The position numbers and the translations under genes are program-made. From assembly GCA_033763315.1 (NCBI GenBank), contig JANRKS010000035.1:64001-128000 (forward strand): a DNA stretch of 64,000 nucleotides, given 5' to 3'. The stretch is from Deltaproteobacteria bacterium. GTDB taxonomy: Bacteria > Myxococcota_A > Polyangia > Fen-1088. Shown piece by piece: positions 27,595 through 37,700 of this stretch (its first letter is position 1; every line of letters starts with the position of its first letter). The notes below the pieces were generated by a model. The model was not told the DNA's origin and did no database searches. It saw nothing but the letters and a program-made list of their open reading frames with translations.

Positions 27595-30500
27595 TTATGG
27601 CAACTCCATCCAACCAGTTTGTTGAAATCGAAGTCCACCGTTGCGGGTTACATCGCTGATGGCACCACCCGCCAGGAAGGTTTGGTTCAGCTGATTCGTA
27701 ACGTCGTGAACTTTGCCTTGCGAGTCTGTGTAAACCACTTTCTTGTCCACGATTACGGCAGACGTTACCGCCTCGTTGACGAGGCCGAGGCCGGCCCGCT
27801 GCTTGAGCGCATAAGAGCCAACGTCCATCGTATGCAAGAGTAGGTAGGAGCGACCGAAACCGCACACCGTTGTGGGTGGGGCGTACCAAAGCGACATGAT
27901 GAGGAAGCCTGTGCCATCGGCCTTCAACACAGCCAAAGGCGTGCTGGTGGGCCGCGCGTTGGCTGGCAACACCTGCGTGCATGCCCCTGCGCCACTGTTG
28001 CCCGAGGGATCCCAAATGCCGCACATTGAAGACGTGCCCACCACAAACTCCAGCTGACCGCCCCCGGTCCATGTGAGATCTGGCGCAATGCCGCCGGCGC
28101 TTGAGGTGCGTGTTTCCTTTCGAATGATCATCTTCGAGGGGGCAAACGCCTCAGTTTCCGGGTCAAGAGCGCTATTGGTGACTTGAACGACGTACACATC
28201 GCCGGGGTGGTTCAAGGGATCGTCCCTATCCAACTGCACAATCGTGGGGGCAAAATGCAAAGGCTGATTGCAGCCAAATCCCTTCACAAGACTCAGGTTG
28301 CCTGTGGTGCCGGTGTTGTTGTTGGCTCCCACTTGACTCGGAACGTAGCGCCAAAGGTTGCCCCACGTGTCGCCAAAGAAGGCGCCCAACATTTGCTGCT
28401 GCTCGCGGAAATCAAAGTTGCGCGCAGCGGCCACGTCAGTGAGGGCCGTATGTTCGATAGAGCAGGCAGAGGCGGTTATGGTATCGGAGTCCAATAGCGC
28501 GCCATTGCGGGCGGATACGTTCAAAAGAGTGATACCTTGCGCCGATGATGTGGGTGGATTTGAGCGATAACCCGAGGCATACACAACGCGATAGTCATCC
28601 TTGGCATTGCCCTTGCCATAGTAGAAGGCGGGCACGGACACAGTGTCGCCTTGATACGCGTCGAACAGCGCCTTATCGGCAGGCGTGACTGTATCGGTGT
28701 GCCAAATGATGTTAATGGGCGGGCTGTTAAAGTTGTTGGACACAAACGGGGTTGTTACGTCCAGCATGAAAGATTCCTGACCACCCCATCCATCAGTCAT
28801 CACCAAGATGGATTTCCACACAGCGGTGGCATCGTCGTCGCAGTTTTGCCAACACACATTCTTCATTTTGGGCGAACTTGTCAGTCCAAACACGTGCTGC
28901 CGCGGATCAGCCTTCTGTCCCCCTTGCGTGTATAGATTGGTGACGGCTCTAAGCATGTCAGGCGGGATGTAAGCGAAGGCCTCTTCGCCGCCCTTAAAGG
29001 CACGCCCCCCAACGGTGGTATCGCGAGTGAAGAACGCGTGTAACAAACCATCGTCCCCCGCCGCATACACCAAGCTTATGCGGTTCTTCTGTTCGTCAAA
29101 GAATCGTTTGCCTCCGGGCAAGGCGCTTAAGCCCGCCGGGCCGACTTCAATCGGTGTCGAATTCACGAAGGCCCCTAATACAGCTTTGTTGCGCTGGCGT
29201 GGATCGCCCAACATCCACTGTGCGATACGCTCGGCTTCCACATCGGTGTTGCCTAGGCCCAACGCCAACAATTGATCCCGGTTGAGGATGGCGCCTGAAT
29301 TGGGTTCAATCTGGAACGGCACCATCACACCACCGGCTGACGTATAGACCAGCCGCTTTTTCCAAGCGGTCCAATTTTTGTATGTGAGAACATCATTGGG
29401 ATCGGGGAAATTGGCGGGGCTGCCTGCGTCCCACATCAGCTTTGGCTGCAAGGTCACCGGATCGATATCGGCCGTGTCGTACGCCAACAAGTGCCCACGC
29501 CAGCTCGGAAAGTCCACGCGCGCGTCGAACAAAATTCCGCCAGGTGTAACCTTCTTTTCGTCAACCTGCGTACCCGACGTGGCAGAAGCGGGCGTGGTGG
29601 AATACGAACCTTTGATGGCATCGAAAATCACCGCTTGAATGGCTTCCTGCAGTTCCGTTTCGTTGTTCGCCAAGAACATGCACTTATCGTTGGTGCCGCT
29701 TGGATCCAACGTGTTGTCGAACGGAGCCCGGCAGGTGCCACCCGCACGCGCAATGTTCTCGTTCACCGTGCCTGGTATCCCGATGTTTGAGTCGGGCGAG
29801 AACCCGATGACGTACGTCTTGACGTTGAGGCCGCCTTTGGCAACCGTTTGCCGCAGCTTAAGGGCGTTGATCACAGACTTGCACTGGCAGGTGGGGCCCA
29901 CGGAAGCGTTCGGATCGTCCCATTGCACACGGCAGTCAGGGTTGAAGCAAGTGGATGTGCCCGTCGCATCCACATCCCCTGGCCCGTTTGTTTCGCCATC
30001 TGTGATGAGCAGGATGAAGTCATCGCGGCAAGGAATGGGATCGGTCGCATTGACATCCTCAAGGTAGTTCCAGGCGGAATGTCGCTTCTTGTCCGCAGGG
30101 GCAGGCATAGCTCCGGCGGCAAAGTCATTGATCAGCGCACATCCCACGGGGCCACGCTCCCAGTGCATAAAGCCGCCGTCGCGCGCCTTTTCGAGCATCG
30201 GTAGCATCTTGACGACGTTGGCCTTGCTTGTGGCTGGAACATCAGAAGTATCAATCAATGGAATCAAGTTCGGATCCCAACTGCCACCGCACTCTGCCGA
30301 GCACTTGTCCGCGCATTGGGCGCCGCGAATCGGCGGACGGTTGGCGCCGGCCTGCGGGTTCCAGTAGTAGTCGTTGCGGGGTTTAAAGTAGATATAAGGC
30401 TCACCCGCGATTGTGGTTGAGCGACCCTGATAGGTTTTCAAAAACGTGGGCTGGTCCCAAAGATCATAGTCGCCGCTGCTAACTGGATAGGTGTAACGAG

Positions 30501-33500
30501 CACCGGCAAACCTGCCGGTGCCCCGGGCGTCCGTCTTGCGGTCATCGTTGTCGAAGTCGTCGTCATCCTCGTAGATCAACCAGCCCTGGCTGATCGAGCT
30601 GATCACACACTTGTCACCACAGAATGGCTGATCCACTTGAATGAACCCGCCGTGTTTGTAGACGGTGTAGCGTGCGTTGACGCCACTACGAAGCGTATAG
30701 GTTGTTGAGCCAACAACGCATGTGGCATCGGGCCCCGCCGCGTTCGAGTAGCAGCCTTGCTCTTCGAGCTCGTCGCGGGTGAAGTACCGATCCTGATAGT
30801 TGGTGCCACCACCGCCGGTCTTTATCTTGTAGTACGGGAAGTAGTAGTCATCGGGCCAGCTGTCTTTATCGCTGGTATTGATCACACCATCCTTATTCCG
30901 GTCCCACGTGGTTCCATCAGCGCTGCCTTGGCTAAAGGCCATCAAACCAAAGTTCATGATGTCAGAATTGTTGAGCAGCACGTTCTTAAGAACGCGTTTG
31001 GCCACAACCGATCGGCTGGTGGCAGGCACGCATTCGTCGCCGGGATAGGTGCTGCAATGGGAGTCAACGGCGCAGAAAGTTTGCTGCATTCGGCACATCT
31101 TGGCCGGGCCCTTGTTCGCTTGGTTGATCACGCAAACATCGCTGTTGTTGACGCCGATGCACTGATTGACCTGTCCGCCTTGGCACACGTTGAGGGCAAC
31201 GTTGCATGAGTTGTCTTGACCGTTACAGGTGTTCACCTTACAGAATGCGCCAGCGCCTTGCGGCAAGGTATTCGCGGCCAATGCCGTCACTTCCGTTGAC
31301 GTCAAGGCTTTGTTCCAGATGGCAAGCTCGGAAATGTACCCATCAAGGAATTCACCACCAACCGCTACGCCGTTGGCTCCTGCACCCACAATAATGGGAT
31401 TGGAATTTGCGGCGAAGACGAAGCCCGGTTGTGTGTTGGTATCAACAAGGGTACCGTTCTTGTAGAGCTTCATCGTCGTTCCGTCGTACGTACCTACGTA
31501 ATGAACCCACGTTCCTGTCCCTGCGGCAACTGTGTCAGACACTGACTCGTTAAAGCTTCCGTTGTTCAGCACGAACGTCGGCACTCCGCTAGGGAACCAG
31601 ATTCCAAACGCGTCGTCCGTAAAGTTACCAAGCTGCTGATGGATCACCCAACGTCCCGCGTTGTTCAAAAGTCTGTAGACCCATGCGCTTACGGTAATTT
31701 GGTTGGTCGCTTTCCCAGACAGTACAGACGCTGGTAGCTGCCCATAGGCCCAGTAGGGATAGTGCAGCGCCTTGTCGGTGCCAGCACCCGTGTGGCCGAC
31801 TTGCCAGTTAGGCAAGCCGTTTGAACAGCCCGCTCCTGTTTGGTTGGTATTTGTTCCTGCGTTCGAGCAATAGTTTTGAATGGGGTTGTTGTAAACCGAC
31901 TGATCAGCGACAACCACTCCTGATCCTTCGTCAAACTTCCAGTGGCCAAGCAAGTTGCTGTTGGTTTGCGCGCCGCTGGCGGGTTCCGTCGCTTTGTTGC
32001 CGGCCGCAACGGCCTCAAGCTCTGTTTGGGTGAGAACGCGTTTGTAGATGCGAACATCGTCGATGAGGCCGCGGAAGTGGCTCTTGCCCGTGGTGCCGCT
32101 GTCGTCGTCCTCCGCACCAATGTAAATATCACCGGTGCTGGGATTGCTTCCGGGGGTATAGGTGCGCGTGTCAACCTTTGCCACGGGCGTCGCGCCAACC
32201 TTTTTCCACACATCGACAACACCAGCATTTACTGTGGTGGCGGCGAACGTCCACTGACCGTTCGTAACCGCCACAGTATCGTAAGCGCCCGTGCTGTTTT
32301 CGGGGTTGCTCATGATTTTTTGGCCGGACATCTCAATGCCAAGGCCGTAATCCTCAGCCCAGGAGCCGTCGCGCTGCCGGTTTACAAGCCAGGTGGCGTA
32401 GGTCGCCGTTGACACCGCGGTTTGGTTGAACCAAGCGGTGATCGTGTAGGGCCCCGGATCCACGTCGGCGTTTCCACCCTGAGGCATAGGAATTTGGAAG
32501 TGCTGGGCGCCCGAGAGGCTTGCCGCTTGCCCATACTTGCCGGCCGCATACGAGGGGCCTCCGTAGGCCGTTGCGTTGTTTCCTGCCCCCGAACTGTCGG
32601 CGCCGTTGTTCTCAAAGTCGAGTCGCAAAACGAGGTCCGGCTCGGCCTTGCCTCCCACGAGCTGAGAGATCTCGGAAGCGGAGAGAACTGTGTTGTAAAG
32701 CCGCACGTCATCGACCGCACCTTGGAACTTGTTCCCGCCCGTCGGGTCGTTGGCACCAATCGTCAAGACGCCACTTGATGCCGCAATGCTGCCTGCCGAA
32801 GCCGTGCTCGTTCCATCGAGGACGCCGTCGATGTAGGCCTTGATCTGACCCGTTGACCCATCCCACGTAACGGCCAAATGGTGCCAGGTTCCGAATGAAG
32901 GCGAAGCTGTGCACCTCATGGCGAGTCCGCCGGAGCTATCCACCTGGCCGCACAGTGTTCCTGAAGGTCCCATTAACAATCGATATCCGATGCCGCCAGA
33001 TAGCTCTCTCGCCACCAGCATTTCATCGGCAGCAAGCGCGGGCGAGGCTGGCCGTTTGAACCACGCCGTCATCGTCAGTTTGGTCGAGGCTTTGTCCAAT
33101 ACGTTCGAGGTGTTTGCCACCTCGATGCTGCCACCGGTTGAACGGTCCGCAGCCTGGTTGGTGTACCCCGCCACGTAGACCGGGCTCGCAAACGTGGCGT
33201 CCGCACCGTTGCCTGAACTGTCAGACGTATTGCCGTCGAACGCCCAATGCCCGAAAAGGCCCGTCGACGCCGTGGTTGTTTCCGCTTGAAAGATGCTTTG
33301 AACCTCGGCGTCAGTCAGCGCGGTGTTGTAGACGCGCGTGTTGTCGACTTGCCCGCCCGTGGGATTAAAGTAGTTGGGTCCTGGGCCCTGGCAAACCACC
33401 AACTCCTTGGTTGCAGCCGATATGGTTTGGCTTGCAGCCTGTGTTCCCACCAAGTTGCCGTTGACGTAGAACTTAGCCTCCGAACCATTCCAAGTTGCCG

Positions 33501-34557
33501 CGATATGTGTCCATGTATCGGGTTGAATCGCGGCCCCAGAAACGCGAGGCCAGGTTCCGAAGTTGCCGCCCAGGATGAGACCAAAGGTATTGTCGCTCCA
33601 CAGCGTTAGCTCATAACCGCCGGGCCACGACATGATTTTTTGATCCCCCGTTCCGCTACGCCGGTACCAAGTGCTCATCGTAACGGTGTTTCCCAACTGC
33701 ACGTTGGACCAAACCCGCGTGAAACCCTGGCCGCTGCAATCCAGCGCCGAACCTGTAGAGCCGTAGCCCGCCGCACGTTTGGCGCCTCCGCCAGCGAACG
33801 CACCGGTCTGATCGCCTCCAGCATGGTCGACGACCGTGACTGTGCCCGCAGGTTCATCGTACTTGTAGTGGATCAGCAAACCTGTTGTTGGTGGCCCCGC
33901 GGGTGGCGCCGCCGCTTGGCAGTCACCATCCGTGGTGCACGCTTGCGTTGGTTTGTCCGAACAGTACCGAGTGGCGCATGAACTGCCTGGGTTATTGCAA
34001 ACGGCGTTGGTATCTGAGCAACGTCCTGCGGGCTGACACGGCTGAATCGACGAACAATAGAGGCCGCTGATCTTGCATGTGCTGCCCTGCGGCCCGCAGT
34101 CGGCGTTGTATTGGCAAGGTTTGCCCGTGGCCGTACACACGCTGTTGACCGACGGGCAGTCAAAGTCCTGCAAGCAAGGATCGCCACCAAACTTGCAGTT
34201 ACCCACGCGGCATTGAGCGTCGTTTGAGCAAAGCCTTGGTTCGTTGCTCAAGGGGTGTTTCGAGATCAAACATTGCCCGGTTTGCGTGACCTCGCGACAG
34301 TCTTCACCAAGGTCACAGTCAACACCCAATTCGGTGGCCGCATCAAAGGGCTCACCCGGCACACCCGTCATCGAGCCGGAGGTGTCCAAGACAACCAGCA
34401 TGTTGCCCTTCTTCACCTGTCTAGTAATCATGTGAAGCGGGCTCACCTTCGCTTCCGCCTCGGGGATGCCCCGCACACCGGGCCAGGGAAATAGGCTCAA
34501 ATAAAAGCTGAGCGCAATGGCATGCGCAATGAACTTTCGGTGGGCGAGAACCCGCAT
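27595..34557 (-). CDS. Giant PilY1-like adhesin: split vWA domain, Cys-rich segments, four LamG domains, C-terminal PilC/PilY1 beta-propeller
   Basis: VLDTSGSM MIDAS..ILLITDG..TYVIGF; four LamG units ending DxxRxYxxxL; WRGHL, VYAAGDDGLLHAF, EAFAYIP, FGDTWGNLWR PilY1 motifs; start uncertain (34557-34644). Confidence 0.82.
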   Translation of the reverse strand: MRVLAHRKFIAHAIALSFYLSLFPWPGVRGIPEAEAKVSPLHMITRQVKKGNMLVVLDTSGSMTGVPGEPFDAATELGVDCDLGEDCREVTQTGQCLISKHPLSNEPRLCSNDAQCRVGNCKFGGDPCLQDFDCPSVNSVCTATGKPCQYNADCGPQGSTCKISGLYCSSIQPCQPAGRCSDTNAVCNNPGSSCATRYCSDKPTQACTTDGDCQAAAPPAGPPTTGLLIHYKYDEPAGTVTVVDHAGGDQTGAFAGGGAKRAAGYGSTGSALDCSGQGFTRVWSNVQLGNTVTMSTWYRRSGTGDQKIMSWPGGYELTLWSDNTFGLILGGNFGTWPRVSGAAIQPDTWTHIAATWNGSEAKFYVNGNLVGTQAASQTISAATKELVVCQGPGPNYFNPTGGQVDNTRVYNTALTDAEVQSIFQAETTTASTGLFGHWAFDGNTSDSSGNGADATFASPVYVAGYTNQAADRSTGGSIEVANTSNVLDKASTKLTMTAWFKRPASPALAADEMLVARELSGGIGYRLLMGPSGTLCGQVDSSGGLAMRCTASPSFGTWHHLAVTWDGSTGQIKAYIDGVLDGTSTASAGSIAASSGVLTIGANDPTGGNKFQGAVDDVRLYNTVLSASEISQLVGGKAEPDLVLRLDFENNGADSSGAGNNATAYGGPSYAAGKYGQAASLSGAQHFQIPMPQGGNADVDPGPYTITAWFNQTAVSTATYATWLVNRQRDGSWAEDYGLGIEMSGQKIMSNPENSTGAYDTVAVTNGQWTFAATTVNAGVVDVWKKVGATPVAKVDTRTYTPGSNPSTGDIYIGAEDDDSGTTGKSHFRGLIDDVRIYKRVLTQTELEAVAAGNKATEPASGAQTNSNLLGHWKFDEGSGVVVADQSVYNNPIQNYCSNAGTNTNQTGAGCSNGLPNWQVGHTGAGTDKALHYPYWAYGQLPASVLSGKATNQITVSAWVYRLLNNAGRWVIHQQLGNFTDDAFGIWFPSGVPTFVLNNGSFNESVSDTVAAGTGTWVHYVGTYDGTTMKLYKNGTLVDTNTQPGFVFAANSNPIIVGAGANGVAVGGEFLDGYISELAIWNKALTSTEVTALAANTLPQGAGAFCKVNTCNGQDNSCNVALNVCQGGQVNQCIGVNNSDVCVINQANKGPAKMCRMQQTFCAVDSHCSTYPGDECVPATSRSVVAKRVLKNVLLNNSDIMNFGLMAFSQGSADGTTWDRNKDGVINTSDKDSWPDDYYFPYYKIKTGGGGTNYQDRYFTRDELEEQGCYSNAAGPDATCVVGSTTYTLRSGVNARYTVYKHGGFIQVDQPFCGDKCVISSISQGWLIYEDDDDFDNDDRKTDARGTGRFAGARYTYPVSSGDYDLWDQPTFLKTYQGRSTTIAGEPYIYFKPRNDYYWNPQAGANRPPIRGAQCADKCSAECGGSWDPNLIPLIDTSDVPATSKANVVKMLPMLEKARDGGFMHWERGPVGCALINDFAAGAMPAPADKKRHSAWNYLEDVNATDPIPCRDDFILLITDGETNGPGDVDATGTSTCFNPDCRVQWDDPNASVGPTCQCKSVINALKLRQTVAKGGLNVKTYVIGFSPDSNIGIPGTVNENIARAGGTCRAPFDNTLDPSGTNDKCMFLANNETELQEAIQAVIFDAIKGSYSTTPASATSGTQVDEKKVTPGGILFDARVDFPSWRGHLLAYDTADIDPVTLQPKLMWDAGSPANFPDPNDVLTYKNWTAWKKRLVYTSAGGVMVPFQIEPNSGAILNRDQLLALGLGNTDVEAERIAQWMLGDPRQRNKAVLGAFVNSTPIEVGPAGLSALPGGKRFFDEQKNRISLVYAAGDDGLLHAFFTRDTTVGGRAFKGGEEAFAYIPPDMLRAVTNLYTQGGQKADPRQHVFGLTSSPKMKNVCWQNCDDDATAVWKSILVMTDGWGGQESFMLDVTTPFVSNNFNSPPINIIWHTDTVTPADKALFDAYQGDTVSVPAFYYGKGNAKDDYRVVYASGYRSNPPTSSAQGITLLNVSARNGALLDSDTITASACSIEHTALTDVAAARNFDFREQQQMLGAFFGDTWGNLWRYVPSQVGANNNTGTTGNLSLVKGFGCNQPLHFAPTIVQLDRDDPLNHPGDVYVVQVTNSALDPETEAFAPSKMIIRKETRTSSAGGIAPDLTWTGGGQLEFVVGTSSMCGIWDPSGNSGAGACTQVLPANARPTSTPLAVLKADGTGFLIMSLWYAPPTTVCGFGRSYLLLHTMDVGSYALKQRAGLGLVNEAVTSAVIVDKKVVYTDSQGKVHDVTNQLNQTFLAGGAISDVTRNGGLRFQQTGWMELP

Positions 34558-34569
34558 GCCTCCCCACGC

Positions 34570-34585
34570 TGCAACGAGTGTACCG
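34570..34585 (-). promoter_or_regulatory. sigma54-type promoter of the PilY1-like gene
   Basis: minus strand CGGTACA-CTCG-TTGCA, 12 nt before ATG 34557. Confidence 0.55.
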
Positions 34586-34636
34586 AGCATGTTTTTGAAT
34601 GATTCACGAAGGTTGGGGGCGGACCTAAACCACAAC

Positions 34637-34713
34637 AGTGACAAAATTTGTCACTAACCTCGTCACCACCCCGCAAAAGCTCTCATACGCGGATGTAATT
34701 CAATGCTTACATC
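34637..34713. promoter_or_regulatory. Two palindromic operator or enhancer sites upstream of the PilY1-like gene
   Basis: AGTGACAAA-A-TTTGTCACT (34637-34655); GATGTAA-N8-TTACATC (34692-34713). Confidence 0.55.
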
Positions 34714-34764
34714 ACCCTAAGGGCGGCTAGCCGATTCGATAGCTGGGAGACACTGCCATTCGCC

Positions 34765-37700
34765 TTACCTTGGGCGCTTGCGGGTTCGACGGCGCCACAC
34801 AAGGCCGATCAGCATCAACCACATCCAGGAGCCCGGCACATCTGCTTTGCCGTTTGCGTGGCTCACGTCGCATGCACAGCCGCCACCACCCACACGCAGG
34901 GTTTGATCCCTTGGGTCAGCATCAACCTCGCCGTTCCCACCTGCACCAGAATCAAGCAGCGTTTGCGCATCTGCGTCCGAACCAGGACCACCATCTGCCA
35001 AAGCGCCGCCATCCTCAAGCCCACCCGCATCGAGACCGCCATCGCCGACGCCTGCGTCGCCGACGATCGGAACCACGCATTGACCATTCGTGCATGCGCC
35101 TTGGCGGCACAAATCCGTGGCTGTGCAAGCTTCGCCCGCAGGTATGCCACAGCGGCCATCGGCGAAGCATTTATTGGTGCGGCATTCGTTGTCGGCCACG
35201 CACGACTCGCCGTTGGGCAAACCGCAGATCTTGTCAGACGCGCACACGTTCCCGCGGCATTGTCCATTGCCGGCACAAGCTTGACCGTTGGGCGTGCCGC
35301 AGACACCATCCGCAAAGCAAACACCCGCGCGGCACACGGTGGCATTCATGCAGGCTTGCCCGTTGGGTAAGCCGCACAAGCCACCATCGCCACAAACGGC
35401 CGTGCGACATACGACCGCAGAAGCGCACGGTTGGCCATTCGGCAAGCCGCACTTGTCATCGGCTTCGTCACACGCGCCGCTTATACACACGCGGCCAGCG
35501 GTGCTCGCCATGCACATGCCGCCAAACGGTTGTGAAGCAGGGTAAGCGATGTCGTTCGCCAATTTTGGCGTGCAAGAGCCCTGAAAACCTGAACCCGCGG
35601 GATTGTCGCAGTATTCAGAGGCGGAGCAGTTCGCATCGACCGAACAAGCGGAGCCACAAGCCCCAGACGTTGAGTTGCAGATCGTTCCGCTGTGGTTCCC
35701 GACGCTGCAGTCACTGTTGCCTGTGCAGGCACCGCACGATCCATCGCCTTTACAAAACGGAGTCGATGACGAGCACACATGCGTTGCACCCGATCCGTCG
35801 TCTCCGTTGCAAGCCACACACACGGCGGCGCCCACATCACAAACCGGCGTGAGGCCACCGCACGCTTGTTTGTTGTTGCTTGTGCACGTCACACAAAGAT
35901 TTGAAGTGCCACTGCACGCCGGGGTGGCGCCGCTGCAATCGCTATCGGTGTTGCAGTCAAGGCATGTGCCCGCGTTTGCTCCGTTGGAAACACACACGCC
36001 CACGCGGCACTGCGGGCTGGCCGTGCAGGTTGAATTGCCTGTGGGCAAGCCGCACAAGCCATCGGCAACGGCGCAAACACCCGTGGCGCACGCGCGCGCT
36101 GCCACGGCACCGTCACACACCCCGCCAGGAACCGCTTGGCCATTTGGCACCTTGGGTTGGCAAGCGCCGCTGTTGCACCAGTTGCCACTGCCACATTGTG
36201 CATCTGCCACACAAACGCTTGAGCAACCTGAAGGCGCACAAAACGGCGACGCCATGCCACAGGCGAGATTTGCCCCGCTACCGAAATCGCCATTACAAGC
36301 CACGCACACACCCAGGCCCGCGTTGCAAATCGGCGTGCTGCCTCCGCAATCAGAGGACGAAAGGCATTGCAAGCATTCCCCCGCCAATGATGAGCCTGAG
36401 GCCGCACAGAACGGCGTGGCTGAAAGCGGGCAAGATAGCGGCGCGCCGCTGCTGAAGTTGCCATCACAGGCCGCACAAATGTTGCGTGCACCGCGCGTGT
36501 CACACGAAGGTGAAGCGCCCGTACAAGCCGCAAACTCGCTGGCCGTGCACGCTCCGCAAAGACGCTTGCCGAAATCACAAACGGCACCGTTGGCGTTGCC
36601 CGCGCAGTGGCCGTTGCTTCGGCACTCCACGCACAACCCAGCATTGCTGCCCGATGTTTCACAGGCGGGGGCCGCGTTTGTGCAAAGGCGCGTGCCTGCG
36701 GCACCTGCATCGCCATTGCACCCAGCGCACACGTTGTGCGTGACAGACGTGTCGCAGAACGCGGTGGTGCCTGTGCATGAAGCGCTTTGCGAAGCTGAGC
36801 ACACCCCACAACGGCTTTTCTCTGTATCGCAGATGGGGCCGTTGATGTTGGCGCCACAGTCGGCATCGCTGTTACATTCGCCACAGGCACCTGCATTGGG
36901 TCCGCCGGATACGCACACGGGCGCCCCTGATAGGGGGCAAGCTCCCGCGCCACCACCAAAGCTGGCGCTGCAGGCGCCGCAGGTGTTGCCGTTGAGATTG
37001 CAGACGGATGCCGCGCCACCGGGACATTCGGTGCTCGCCACACAACCTCCGCAAAGGCCCGCCGCAAGATTGGCCGCTGAACATGAAACACCGGCAAACG
37101 CTGCGCCCACGATCGTCACCACACCTGTCGAGGTCACGTCGTCCACGCTGGTGGGCGTTGCACCCCAGGCGTTTGTGCCATTCCACACGCCCGCCAGGCC
37201 TGCTTTCGCCGAGGCAGGGCAAGCGGCAGCGCCTGACTCGATGTAAATGCGCCCACCACCGCCGCCACCACCCGTTCCGTGAGCGTCCGAGGCAGCGGTC
37301 GTGCCGTATTGAACGTCACCACCACCGCCGCCGTTGGCCTCCAGGCCACCGCAGGCCAAGGCGCCCGCCACACGGATGATCAACGCACCACCAGCACCAC
37401 CACCACCGGCGGCATCGTTGGCGGTGGGGCCATTGTTGCGCAGCGGTTTGGCACCGTTGGCACGCACAAATCCTGCGCCCCCCAGCGTTGCCGCTCGAAT
37501 CAACACCACACCACCACCCACGCCACCCGGCGATCCCACGCTGTTGTTTTGGTCACCCGCACCGCCACCACCACCGAACGCGAACGCCAACGTTGGATCG
37601 TAGGCAAGCGCTGCCCCGCCGTAGCCGCCAAGATCGCGTCCGCCGCCATCGCCCGCCCACGTTCTTCCGCCCCCGCCGCCGCGTCCTGCATGTGCACCAC

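Noticed and set aside
35603-37246. 547-aa plus-strand ORF and similar long ORFs opposite real genes (for example 11963-13144, 13773-15113, 23740-24798, 60365-61654)
   Set aside because: Antisense shadows of well-supported CDSs in GC-rich DNA
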